NCBI GenBank assembly: GCA_964016885.1
Contig: OZ024747.1
Span: 23,374,001 to 23,438,000, forward strand
Direction: 5' to 3'
Source of the DNA: Eledone cirrhosa
Lineage: Eukaryota
Length of the DNA: 64,000 nucleotides
Shown here: piece after piece, positions 14,101 through 24,115 of the stretch
How positions within the stretch are numbered: the stretch's first letter is position 1
How the letters are laid out: the number at the start of each line of letters is the position of its first letter
The notes under the pieces: generated by a model
What the model was told of the DNA's origin: nothing
Database searches by the model: none
What the model saw: only the letters and a program-made list of their open reading frames with translations
Translations under genes and position numbers: made by a program

Positions 14101-15840
14101 TTATATTTGCCTCACTGTGACTGTTTTAAGTTGTGATCATGTCACATCTATCTCAGTAACCATGTGAGAATGCCAAACCTAAGTGTTTCAAGGTTTTAAA
14201 TCCAGTATCAGTGAAGTTTATTCACTCAGTACTAAGGCTAAGATAAACTATTGCTAATGTACTTTTTGTGTATAAAACTGCTGTGAAGAAGTTCATTTGC
14301 ATATAGTGCATGCCTGATTAACTGAGATTAATTAGTAGTAGCACCAACACAGCTTGATTAATGATTAAAGACATATACAATATGTTTATGTATAATAAAC
14401 ATATCATATATGCTTTCATATTCATCTCAGTTACTTATCTAGTAATATATGCATGATAATTTCACTTCTGGAATTTTCAAATTGTAGTGGTAGTTTGGCT
14501 CCCATGCTAGCCTTAACAGGGCAGATCTATTTTCAAAGTCATCTTGTTGCACTTTTTCTTACTAAATTTCCAGTATGAAGATAATCCAAGAGTTTCATCA
14601 TCATTGTCATCATTTTAATGTCTATTTGCCACACTGACATGGGTTAAGCAGGTTGTCATGTTCTGAGGCTTGACCGGTTAGATGACCATCTCTTGCTCAT
14701 ATGTTCCATCCAGTCTCAAGGCCCCTGAAAAAGTTTATAAATACTCCCCTTTCTCTTCTAATCTGTTTAAAAGAATGTTAATTAAAACTGAATAATGATC
14801 TGGATTATATCATTTCTTTCTACAGATAATCAGCGGCTCAGTTGGCTGTTTTATTGCAATCAAACTGAAACCCATTCTTGGATGGAATGGAATGTTTCTT
14901 CTCAGTGGTGCTATTTCATCTGTTTGTAAGTTTACTAGACCATTCTATTAACCCTTTTGATTCTATAAATTACTAGAAATCACCCTTGGTTCTATGGCAC
15001 AAAACTGTTTTAAAGTGTTTATATTTATCTAAAAACATTGGTGGTCATTTGTCTACCTGGGAAGTGTGGTTGATCGATGTGGGGGAACTAACGGAGATGT
15101 TACAGCCAGGATTGGTAAGGAAAGAGCAGCTTTCATCATGGTGATGGGGCTGAATGACTTTTTTGATCATGTATTATTTCATTTGTTGCACCTGACATCT
15201 TAAAAGCTCACTCTTTGTATATAAATAAATACAACATGCATTCATCTCTATTATCATTTTAAATTCAGTCAGGTGTAACAGATGAAATAATACATGATCA
15301 AAAAAGTCATTCAGCCCCATCACCATGATGAAAGCTGCTCTTGCCTTACCAATCCTGGCTGTAAATACTCACATAGCTAAATTGCTTCTAGCGTCAGACC
15401 TCTTCATATGTCTTCATATTCTATGTCATCTGATCCATCTATGAATCCAACAGAGAAACATGCTAATCATTATGAAGGGTATATATCTCATGATTAGAAG
15501 TTCCAACTTAAATACCTATTGTGTTTCTCTGTAAATAAAAGTATATAATTCTACTTGCTCAGTTGACATCAGGTTCACTCTAACATCAAGGTTGAATTGT
15601 TTCCAATACCACATCTTTCCATGTGTTTTTATATTCTCATCTATCCATGATCTGCAAACTATGTACTATGTCTCCTTGTGCCTATAATGACACTACAACC
15701 ATATAAATCTGAGCAACTGCTTTAGTAAATCTGGTGATATTGTGAATAAGATTAATCTGAATTCACTAAATACATATTTTTCTCTTTATTTAGGTATGGT
15801 GTTTTCCCTGATGTACAATGAGAAATACAAATCGAAGTAA
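1547..15840 (+). CDS. Multi-exon MFS transporter, oxalate:formate antiporter-like / SLC16-like; 11 coding exons join(1547-1652,3499-3688,5215-5341,6949-7088,8360-8483,9296-9423,11335-11455,12976-13098,13568-13777,14826-14925,15794-15840), 1416 nt = 471 aa + stop
   Basis: Manual splicing: every intron is GT..AG, phases are consistent and there is no internal stop. Protein MPFPYLKLKYSSWRGISVIIGGIIVHLALGSSYIIGNFSTYFISY...SGILEKRLGSR (MFS motif-A-like)...YGIGNSIAYP..CVMKWFP..G.V.GIVLTGYG...acidic central loop...SRLMWGYIGDKISFK...FALLPAATHRYFG...IYGMLFT...YNEKYKSK*; about 12 hydrophobic segments. Confidence 0.93.
3499..3688 (+). CDS. MFS transporter coding exon 2
   Basis: ttttcag|GA...AG|gtaaca; GNFSTYFISYLRMRNISPDIRYTDTIWIVSVGTVCTGFTMFLSGILEKRLGSRITILLSGWLM. 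Confidence 0.92.
3940..4088 (-). mobile_element. RTE-type LINE endonuclease remnant, interrupted by (TA)n and a fold-back element
   Basis: HFLLKKCNSLIVVNVKSFPGDEGMTQHRLLI resembles the C-terminal APE endonuclease motif (..VK..PGE....QHRLLV). Confidence 0.6.
4127..4630. mobile_element. Fold-back pair of Penelope pseudo-LTR fragments (same family as 32192-33747) inside (TA)n, in an intron of the MFS gene
   Basis: Inverted arms with centre near 4390; sequence matches 32200-32530; (TA)n on both sides; HHR-like core CTGATGA-T-GTTGCA/TGCAAC-GAAA on the minus strand at about 4315-4360. Confidence 0.85.
5215..5341 (+). CDS. MFS transporter coding exon 3
   Basis: ttattacag|...AAG|gtaaga; SGGMALAYFSIKKSFLMLIFTYSFLYGIGNSIAYPVSINCVMK. 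Confidence 0.92.
5808..6300 (+). mobile_element. 5'-truncated RTE-clade LINE (C-terminal end of the RT ORF)
   Basis: KGRLYDACIRTAMLHGSETW...ERNE..MLRWMC...RRLRWYGHVMRM...GRPRKTW...DRDLWR. Confidence 0.88.
6430..6793 (+). mobile_element. SINE family 2 with (GAT)n tail; contains an internal 112-bp tandem duplication
   Basis: Motif CACACTGTAAA.GTGGTTGGTGTTAGGAAGGGCATCCAGCTGTAGAAA...CCCATGCAAGC.TGGAA...GGACGTTAAA.(GAT)n; related copies at about 8690-8865, 9040-9158, 9950-10222, 10280-10582, 12700-12820, 13890-14090(-). Confidence 0.75.
6949..7088 (+). CDS. MFS transporter coding exon 4
   Basis: ttctag|TGG...GA|gtaaat; WFPQMEGTVAGIVLTGYGVASFIWNPFITLYINPENKSPDFHVDGE. Confidence 0.92.
8360..8483 (+). 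CDS. MFS transporter coding exon 5
   Basis: tttccag|C...AAG|gtattt; DYFSQEELLDRVPSCFLVLGLIFAVFIFVGGMLNCTPPIQEK. Confidence 0.9.
9296..9423 (+). CDS. MFS transporter coding exon 6 (acidic central loop)
   Basis: caacatag|ATC...GT|gtaagt; IPDTILLPLTKSIDFDENGEEEDEDEEHVEYDQQLIRKSECK; bridges phase 0 to phase 2 as required by its neighbours. Confidence 0.82.
10950..11316. repeat. (ACC/ACT)n trinucleotide low-complexity tract just upstream of the exon 7 acceptor
   Basis: Direct reading. Confidence 0.95.
11335..11455 (+). CDS. MFS transporter coding exon 7
   Basis: ttcttcag|G...AAG|gtaac; ESEQREITPKMALRTRQFYLLWFILLFLNQSTDFFSSLYK. Confidence 0.9.
11585..12135 (+). repeat. 128-bp tandem repeat, about 4.3 copies, derived from SINE family 2 sequence
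   Basis: CTGCCAAGTAAAGGG recurs at 11712, 11840, 11968, 12096 (period 128); unit contains CACCCAGTACA.GCTGTAAAGT..TTGG....TAGGAAGGGC. Confidence 0.92.
12278..12555. repeat. Degenerate (GAT/GGT)n low-complexity tract
   Basis: Direct reading. Confidence 0.9.
12976..13098 (+). CDS. MFS transporter coding exon 8
   Basis: ttttcag|GCT...AAG|gtaaat; AYGQTFIHNDYFLSMTGALGSIGNAISRLMWGYIGDKISFK. Confidence 0.92.
13568..13777 (+). CDS. MFS transporter coding exon 9
   Basis: atttcag|TGG...CAT|gtaagt; matches ORF 13574..13807 up to the donor. Confidence 0.92.
14826..14925 (+). CDS. MFS transporter coding exon 10
   Basis: ttctacag|ATA...T|gtaagt; IISGSVGCFIAIKLKPILGWNGMFLLSGAISSV. Confidence 0.9.
15047..15364. 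repeat. RTE RT remnant with a ~95-bp inverted duplication (arms about 15100-15196 and 15268-15364)
   Basis: FVYLGSVVDRCGGTNGDVTARIGKERAAF on +; TTACAGCCAGGATTGGTAAGG...CCTGAC mirrored by GTCAGG...CCTTACCAATCCTGGCTGTAA. Confidence 0.8.
15794..15840 (+). CDS. MFS transporter terminal coding exon
   Basis: tttatttag|GT ATG GTG...AAG TAA; CMVFSLMYNEKYKSK*; AATAAA motifs at about 16066-16086 downstream. Confidence 0.85.
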
Positions 15841-16549
15841 AATTATCGGAAAATCCTGCCATCATTCCTACCATTGTCCAGTATCTATTTACAATCTTGT
15901 TCTATGTAACATAATAATTGATGTCCTATGGAGCTGATGTAATTATGTGTTCAAGGGCTCTTCTGGAGCTGGAAAAAATTCCCTGATGATGAGGGGAAAA
16001 AAGAAAGATGAAGATTTTTTTAAAAAGTTAGGACCATTTCCCATAATACTGATAAGATTATTAGAAAATAAACAATTGAAAATAAAACAAATTATAGTTA
16101 AGACATAGGGGTTAGTTAATAAAAGGACATGATGAATATAATATAAATTTTAAACATCAATATGGAATTGTGAGTTTTCATTTTTTTGGCTGTGCTCAGA
16201 TGGTAAAAATTATAACCGAAATTGAATATTGATAGATAGTCTAATTCCCTACTAACTTTATCTGGATGTATGATAATAAACTGTTCATTAAACATATTGT
16301 TAATCAATTTACTTGTTAAGCTTGACTAATATAACAAGTAAGCTACTAAACATTCATTCACACATGTTTAAATGTTATGATTGATATCAAAATGAATCCA
16401 TTGAAAGGACATTCACTAAAATTTTCAAAAATATAGTTTGAATAACAATCAACTGATACAATAAATAACGTAGCTACACAGGAAAAGTTGTCTCTCTTCC
16501 AAATGTAATTTTGTTGTTCTTCTTTGCTCACTTATTCCTGACAGTCCTC

Positions 16550-16950
16550 AAACACTCCTCCCAATTATTCCTAGGATGGTCATATGACAGAGTCCTCAAG
16601 CATATTTTCCAGTGGATCCTATCAGAAGCAAACATCTCCAATTCATCTGACTGGATCTCCAAGCAAGACCAACTGAACTCATGGATACTAGTTGGTTTTG
16701 CCCGTAAAACCTGTCCAGTGATTCTTTCCCAAAACATTCTAACCACATGCCCTTCTCTCAATTCAGAGTAGTGGCTCTACCAGGAGCAACTCTCTTTACC
16801 CATGCTTAAACACAAAACAAATTAAACTTTGAGGTGAAGTGGCTGGTGTAGCAGGTTTCACTGGCTGTTTTCTGCAGCATTTTGTCTGTGGAGTACAGCT
16901 GAGATATATCGCCTAGACTTGGATTTAGGATCTACCACTCCCTTTCCCTT
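16550..16950 (-). mobile_element. Degenerate RTE-like LINE 3' fragment
   Basis: REGHVVRMFWERITGQVLRAKP...W..L.I...EL..FASDR..WK..LR.L. Confidence 0.6.
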
Positions 16951-17639
16951 ATTTTCGCTATTTAAATTTGTCCTTTTTTCGTTTTCTTTTTTTATTGCAA
17001 ACATTATATAATCCAATTGAAATTTGTTGATTAAACGTTTACAAAATAATTGACATTAAGATGCTTGGCAAATGTAAGAGTTATTCCCCTTCAAAACAAA
17101 CATTTCCTTTCTATCTGGATATAATTTTATCTTTTGCCCTGTATCAAAGGCGTTCTACCAGTTGCTGTCTATCCATTTCAGACACAGTATATATAGGATT
17201 ATATCATCTAGTGTTTCCTACCTTTTAAAAGACAGTAAGATATTGTTTTAGGTCGTTGGCATGGGCTGTACCTGAAATTTAGGGACAGCCTTCTCACACA
17301 CCATATTACGCTGAACCTCTCTAAGAATTATGTTAAAGATAGCCATGTCTGGAATACTCAGCCATTTACACGTTAATTTCATGAGTAGGCTATACTGTTG
17401 TTCAAACAACTGGAACAGTAATCGTCGAAACCGACCGAGGTCTATTCTTATTTATAGATCGGAAATAGCGGAAAATGAAAAAGTAGTTTTCCTTTGTGTT
17501 ATGCCGGACAATATCTGTTTATTTAGTTTTATATAAATGTTAGACCTTGTATCTCTGTTAGAAATTAATATCTAATTTTCATTCATTTATTAACTTTCAC
17601 TTCAGCACTGTACACAACAATTTTCATTATTGTTATGGG

Positions 17640-18272
17640 TGGGTTGGCAGTATCGGTAGAGGGTCGGACACCATGCTTTGCAGCATCAAGTTATACCCCT
17701 TTACGTTCTGAGTTCAAATCCCGCCGCGGTTAACTTTGCCTTTCATCCTCACGGGGTCGATAAAATAAAGCACCAGAAATACACTGGGGGGTCGAATTAA
17801 TCGATCTTCCCCTCCCCCTTCAAATTGCTGGCCTTGTGCCAAAAGTAGAAGCAATTATTATTGTTATAACTCCTCAAGGACGGTGGATTGACAGTATCGG
17901 TAGAGGGTCGGACGCCATGCTTTTCAGCATCAAGTTACGGCCCTTTAAGTGAGTTCAAATTCCACCGAGGTTAACTTTGCCTTTCATCCTTACGGGGTAG
18001 ATAAAATAAAGCACCAGTAATCTACTGGGTCTATTTAATCGACCCCCCCCCCCTTCAAATTGCTAGCCTTGTGTCTAAAGTAGAAACAATTATTGCAGTA
18101 TCGATAGAGCGTCAGACACCATGCTTTGCAGCATAGTTATGGCTCTTTACGTTCTGAGTTCAAATCCCGCCGAGGTTAACTTTGTCTTTCATCCTTACGG
18201 GGGTAGATAAAATAAAGTACCAGTAATGCACTGGTTAAATGCTGGCCTTGTGCCAAAAGTAGAAACAATTAT
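17640..18272 (+). mobile_element. Three tandem SINE family 1 copies
   Basis: Heads at about 17640, 17881 and 18095, each with B-box, core and tail. Confidence 0.88.
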
Positions 18273-18689
18273 TATAACTCCTCATATCAGTGATAGGTGC
18301 TCTCCCTTGCATAATGTTGTTATTTAGCGCTTAAGAGATTGTTTTCTCTGTAAATGTGTAGTGATTGTGTTTTTCCGCTTGTTGAAGGAAACGAGGTCAT
18401 TCATAGACTTAGTGCAGGTACAATGTGAGGTGTTTAGTTGCTTGAATGCAAGAGAATATGCGTTGCTGGATATGACAGCATGTTAGGGTTAATCTTTAGA
18501 GAGAAAGAAATGAACCTCCGTCAGTTTCGACGATGAGTGTTCCATGAATGGAACAGTCTGCTCATGAAATTGACGTGTAAGTCACTGAGCATTCCACAGG
18601 TATGTGTACCCATAACGAGAAAGAGAGATAGGGGGTAGAAATTAAAATGTTTGGCGAGGATAAGGATTAAGTCTGGGGTGCATTATTTT

Positions 18690-19020
18690 CAGTATCGGTA
18701 GAGGGTTGGACGGCATGCTTTGACGCATAGAGTTACGGCCCTTGCCATTCTGAGTTCAAATCCCGCCGAGGTTAACTTTGCCTTTCATCCTTACGGGGTC
18801 GATAAAATAAAGTACCAGTAGTGTACTGGATAATTGCTGGCCTTGTGCCAAAAGTAGAAACAATTATTTTAGGGATTGGCAGTATCGGTAGAGGGTCGGA
18901 GGCTATGCTTTGACGTATAGAGTTACGGCCCTTGCCATTCTGAGTTCAAATCCCGCTGAGGTCAACTTTGCCTTTCATCCTTTTGAGGTCGATAAAAAAA
19001 GTACCAGTCTAGTACTGGAG
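18690..19020 (+). mobile_element. Two tandem SINE family 1 copies
   Basis: Heads at about 18690 and 18872. Confidence 0.85.
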
Positions 19021-19209
19021 TTTGGGTCTATTCTTCTCTCTCAATTTCTATCTTTCTCTGGAAGAAATCTGCTGTACTCTGGCCTGGAGAGGTATGGGCT
19101 CCGCCAGGCTTAAGATACTCTAGAAATGCCGTATGTCGATACCGCCCGTGGGAGTTACAGGACCATACCACATATATATAATAGTAGAACACTGGGACGA
19201 GTTTGGTAG

Positions 19210-19357
19210 AAGTAGTTCCACAACAGTTAGTTCACCATAACGAGAACAAATCTTTCACTTTATTCGGATCCTCAGCTCGATTTAAACCGAGCTGAGGATC
19301 AGAATAACGTGAAACATTTGTTCTCCGTATGGTGAACTAACTGTTGTGGAACTACTT
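19210..19357. mobile_element. Short fold-back element with a minimal HHR-like motif in each arm, between TA tracts
   Basis: Arms 19210-19279 / 19288-19357; GAG-CTGAGGA-N12-GAA-ACATTTGT-T-CTC at 19289-19325. Confidence 0.6.
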
Positions 19358-19377
19358 ATATATATATATATATATAG

Positions 19378-19540
19378 TGGCTGCCAACTCGTTTTCGAGT
19401 ACGGCCACTACTTTATATTCATGTAGGAGAACCCCTACCGATACGCTGAACGAGTGTGACTTTTTAGTCCAGCCAGCGACTTGAAAACTCTGGTACAAAC
19501 ACTACACTTGTGACAATTATTGACACATAGTGCTGGGCCC
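19378..19540 (-). mobile_element. RTE-like LINE 3' end with C2H2 zinc finger (second copy 62593-62835)
   Basis: CHKCSVCTRVFKSLAGLKSHTRSAY then short 3' UTR ending ACTCGAAAACGAGTTGGCAGCCA + microsatellite tail. Confidence 0.7.
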
Positions 19541-19550
19541 AATATATATG

Positions 19551-19602
<52 letters not shown>

Positions 19603-19659
19603 AGTTATATTTAAATTGTTGGGATAAAACAAGCAAATATTTTTATAACTGATATAAAG

Positions 19660-20040
19660 CACTCAACAAATTATTGGAGTAAAAATACGATATATTAACA
19701 AATGGAAACTATATTTATAAAACCATATTTATTTCATTAAACATATTTCAAGGACACCAAGTCAAATTATGGTGCGCTTTCATCAGACAAAATATAATAT
19801 AGATCAGTTTTATAAATAAATATTGACATACTCTTAAAGAATGCGACCTTTCTGTTGGAAGCTCCCGGATAGTGGGGTTATTAAATTTATTTAGTCTATT
19901 ATGCAAATTAGTGTCGTATATGTTTTAAACATATCCGACACTAATTTGCATAATAGACTAAATACATTTAATAACCCCACTATCCGGGAGCTTCCAACAG
20001 AAATGGTCGCATTCTTTAAGGGTATGTCAATATTTATGTT
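19660..20040. mobile_element. Fold-back non-coding element with degenerate HHR (family also at 41125-41290)
   Basis: Inverted arms about 19817-19921 / 19929-20040; minus-strand CTGATGA-AAG..CACCA..TGGTG..CTT-GAAATATGT at about 19740-19790. Confidence 0.65.
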
Positions 20041-20789
20041 TCAAGAATCATGTGGCATCACATATACTTATTCGCATTACGAAGATAATCGTACAACGAA
20101 CATAATAAGACATTTATTAGAATCCACTTCTATTCAATGTATAGCTATAATCCTTCCGTTGGTAAAGAAGGGTAGTAATATGAATAGAACTACTTTATAT
20201 GTGTATGCGTGTTGTGTCTAGCATCTTTAGTGTAGGAATACAATATATTTGGAGCATCTGGCTATATAGATAGGAACTCAAATCTCTCCAGCCTCGACAG
20301 ATATTAACCAGCGAACGAGTCGTTAGTAACTCACGTTTAGGTTAGCCTAAAGAAGCCAATTTTCCGTTAAATGAAAAATCCACAGACACGTGTGGCCATA
20401 ACGTACTTTTCAAAGAGATTTAGCATGACACTGCCGATGGACTTACAAACAGTTTCAGTCTACCCAATTTCTCTCACAGAGCATGGGTCGATCTGAGGCT
20501 ATGGTAAATGGTTCTTGCTGAAAATAACACGCAGTGGAATCGAATCCAGGACCTATTGATTGCAAGCGAACTTCTTAACCATTCAGTCCTTCTATGTACA
20601 TTATATGACCATATAAATATACATGTAAATACATACTGTGTTCTTAGAACAGAGGTTCTCAAAGTAGCCCCCCACCCCCACCCCACCGGATGGGGGATTG
20701 ATAAGGTCGGGGCTGGAGCCTAAGGGGTAGTGGGGGTTGTAGAGATAATATAATAGTATATTAAATATCAAATGATACAAACTTTATTT

Positions 20790-21228
20790 TCTCCAACGTC
20801 GCCATGAGCGTTACATCACCTGCATGATGTGGAAAATATTCCATTAGCATTGGCCAAATGATGTTGGCATCACCTTTAAGGTGGGCCCTGTGCTATCCAC
20901 CCACAACAAAAACCACACTCGCATCTCATAACAGCAATACGGCACAATTATTTCACCTCAATTGGCCCCATTCTCTTTAACATTACACAAAAAACACATT
21001 AAAACGGAAACAGATTCCATAAAGTTCAAGAAGTCTTTGGACGAATTCCTTCAAGAAACCTCGGATAAACCTCCTACACCCGGACATGTCTCCGTAAACA
21101 ATAGCTCCCTACTTGAGTGGGCCATGGTGTCCAAATCCTGATTTGAAAGACTTCGCCAGGTGGTGCTATTAAGTTAGACATGGCCTGGGCCAATACTGGC
21201 CGAAACCTATCAAAGTTATCAAAGTTTA
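20790..21228 (+). mobile_element. CR1-like LINE 3' fragment
   Basis: RHERYITCMMWKI...GPILFN...FKKSLDEFLQETSDKP...NNSSLLEW; tandem tail (TATCAAAGT)n. Confidence 0.78.
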
Positions 21229-21274
21229 TAAATATAGTAACATTTTAAAAATATACAATATTTATTTATACATA

Positions 21275-21986
21275 TATAACGGCATACACCTATGTTTTAC
21301 CGGCGAAGATTCGAAACTGAATCTGAGCTTTCTCACCTCTGGGACAATCTATTGTTGGAAGTTCTCACCATTGTCTTGTCAAGACAACGATGATAAATGT
21401 ACATTCCATTTGACCTGTGACCTCAACCTCTTGGGAGACGATAACCACACGTCTGACCATAAATCAACCTCATATATCCATCCTTCTAACTTTAGCACTT
21501 ATTATAAATACAAGGAGTTGGGGAACCCAAGGGTCAGACACGAAGCAGCAGTCAGCGAGATAACGATGTAGCATCAGTAGACCTTTCACTCTATCTTTCT
21601 CCTGGCCCTTACTGGCTTACCTCCTCGGCCACCGAAATAGCCAGCCATACCTGCCTGCCTGACAGATTGACCACTACTACTACTATAAGATAAAATATTC
21701 TAAGAATGGGCACCCCCCCCCCCCCACACACACACATAGTAAGTTCATATTGTTTATATTATACTATCATCAAAACAACTCATACTATATAGTCTTCTCT
21801 GATACATGCATTCACGTAGCTCGTAGCAGCTACCAATTTAATGTACCGATATTTCCATGTCATAAATGTTATTACTCTGTTTAAATCGAATATTGTTATT
21901 ATAGAATAAACATTGTTAACAACTCAATCATGGTGTTATTCTTTTCATCAAAACCACCACACAAAGAATACCACCTATCCGTTACA
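21275..21986 (+). mobile_element. Solo LTR (Gypsy-like), 712 bp
   Basis: Inverted termini TATAACGG (for TGTAACGG)...CCGTTACA; 4-bp TSD CATA (21271-21274 / 21987-21990); internal TATAAA at about 21502 and AATAAA at about 21905. Confidence 0.72.
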
Positions 21987-22009
21987 CATAGTATATATTA
22001 TTATTTACG

Positions 22010-22510
22010 GTGAATTGGCAGTATCGGTAGAGAGTCGGACATCCTTTCCAGCATAGTTACCTCTCTTTACGATCTGAGTTCAAATCCCGCCGAGGTTAAC
22101 TTTGCCTTTCATCCTTACGGAGTCGATAAAATAAAGTACGAGTAATGTACTGGGTAATTGCTGGCCTTGTGCCTAAAGTAGAAACAATTATTTACTGTAT
22201 ATAAATTAATTGTTTCTACTTTCGGCACAAGGACAGCAATTAACCAGTGCATTACTGGTACTTTATTTTATCGACTCCGTAAGGATGAAAGGCAAAGTTA
22301 CCTCGGCGGGATTTACTATATATAAATTAATTGTTTCGACTATTGGCACAAGGCCAGCAATTACCCAGTACATTACTGGTACTTTATTTTATCGACCCCG
22401 TAAGGATGAAAGGCAAAGTTAACCTCGGCGGGATTCGAACTCAGAATGGAAAGGGCCGTAACTCTATGTGTCAAAGCATGGGGTCCAACCCTCTACTGAT
22501 ACTGCCAATA
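22010..22510. mobile_element. SINE family 1 cluster: one + copy followed by two - copies
   Basis: 22010-22192(+), 22208-22312(-), 22328-22510(-). Confidence 0.85.
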
Positions 22511-22985
22511 TATATAAATTAATGATTTTATTTATTACATATTATTTACAATTTAGGTCTCTCTAGAAATAGGGGTGGATGCTGAGGACATTACGTAATA
22601 GTGAGGAGTGGGTGGCCTAAAAGATTTGAGAACCTCTGCCTTAGAACAAAAGGCTAGTGTTATGAAGGCCCTCAAAATTAAATATGTCCATCAATAATTT
22701 ATAGCCAAATATAAGCAGCTCTACAAAGCGGTAAATCATAGTTGAAAGACTACAAGTGTAGTTTGAGTTTCAATAAAACAAGGTACACTGATAAAACACG
22801 GTAAAACAAGGTAAAACACGTATAACAATTTACTTTATGCATCTTCACCGTTTCGTCATTTGTATTGGATCGTCTAGTATGAAATTTGTAGAAAAAAAAA
22901 AAACCAACTTTCTACAAATTTCATATTTGACGACTCAATAAAAAAAATATGTACGAGTATATATATAGGGTGTATAAAACTATAC

Positions 22986-23036
<51 letters not shown>

Positions 23037-23132
23037 GGCGGTGGAACTGGAGATGGGCATCCCTCATCCCTCCAGCACCAATAATTATATTTTTCTCCTG
23101 AAACTACCAAAACACACATCTGTTTGTATATG

Positions 23133-23510
23133 CACTACAACAACAACAGCAACACCGACCACATCACCTACACTGTCCGTTGTAGTAGTAGTAGTGATAG
23201 TAATACCTAGCTAATGGCAGCGACTACATCCCTACCCGATAGCCAGGCAGTTTATTCTACTCAACCACAGCAACAGCATGATAACTAGAATTAGGAAAAG
23301 TTTAATTAAATTCTTCAAAAACTTGGGCCTCAGTATAGATATAGACGATAATAGAAAAATAGTTAACTCTCTGGACGTTACCCTCAATTTAGAATCCGGC
23401 CTCTTCTATCCGTACCACAAGCCGAACGAGTGCCTCAAGTATTACTTCCACTACTACTACTACGGCCAGTGTAGGTGATGTGGTCGGTGTTGCTGTTGTT
23501 GCTGTTGTCT
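23133..23510 (+). mobile_element. Penelope-like RT fragment bracketed by a ~70-bp inverted repeat
   Basis: RIRKSLIKFFKNLGLSIDIDDNRKIVNSLDVTLNLESGLFYPYHKPNECLKY (xLDV motif, PYxKP); arms about 23133-23206 and 23439-23510. Confidence 0.75.
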
Positions 23511-23998
23511 TGAATGTAGCAGTCATCAAAATTAGTATATCGCCCTCCCTCAGAGTTCCCTTTATTGCTTCCACAATCCGCTGGAATCTAGCTACGCATA
23601 GACTATCCTTTGGTACAAGTCAACACAACAGAAATGAAGGGTTATCCTTTAATAATTTACGACCCTAAATCCGTGGGGCGTATATGAGTCCAGATTTTGC
23701 TAATTGACACAAGGATAGCCTTTTACTCCAGACGGCTGGGAAAGACTCTTTTAGGAACTCAAGGCCAAGGCTAACTTTTCCTTTCATCTTAATGGTGTTA
23801 GTAAAATAAAGCACCAGTAATACACTGGGATAAATGCTGGTCTTGTGCCAAACGTAGAAACAATTATTATACTGAATTTCCATCGTAACTACAAATTACG
23901 AATGTTGAGAGCTTTCTCCTGTTTGCTCCTGTTTTTACCCAAACAATCTCTTCTGAACACACACACACACATATACACACACACATATACACACACAT

Positions 23999-24031
<33 letters not shown>

Positions 24032-24068
24032 TACACACACACACGCACATACACACACACACACACAT

Positions 24069-24115
<47 letters not shown>

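Larger units (their letters stand above)
20650..22638. mobile_element. hAT-type non-autonomous DNA transposon carrying nested insertions
   Basis: TIRs CAGAGGTTCTCAAA / TTTGAGAACCTCTG; 8-bp TSD tcttagaa / ccttagaa (7/8). Confidence 0.82.

Noticed and set aside
17640-18272. tRNA genes suggested by GTTCAAATCC B-boxes (also 31420-31500 and 63960-63990)
   Set aside because: These are SINE heads; no complete cloverleaf.
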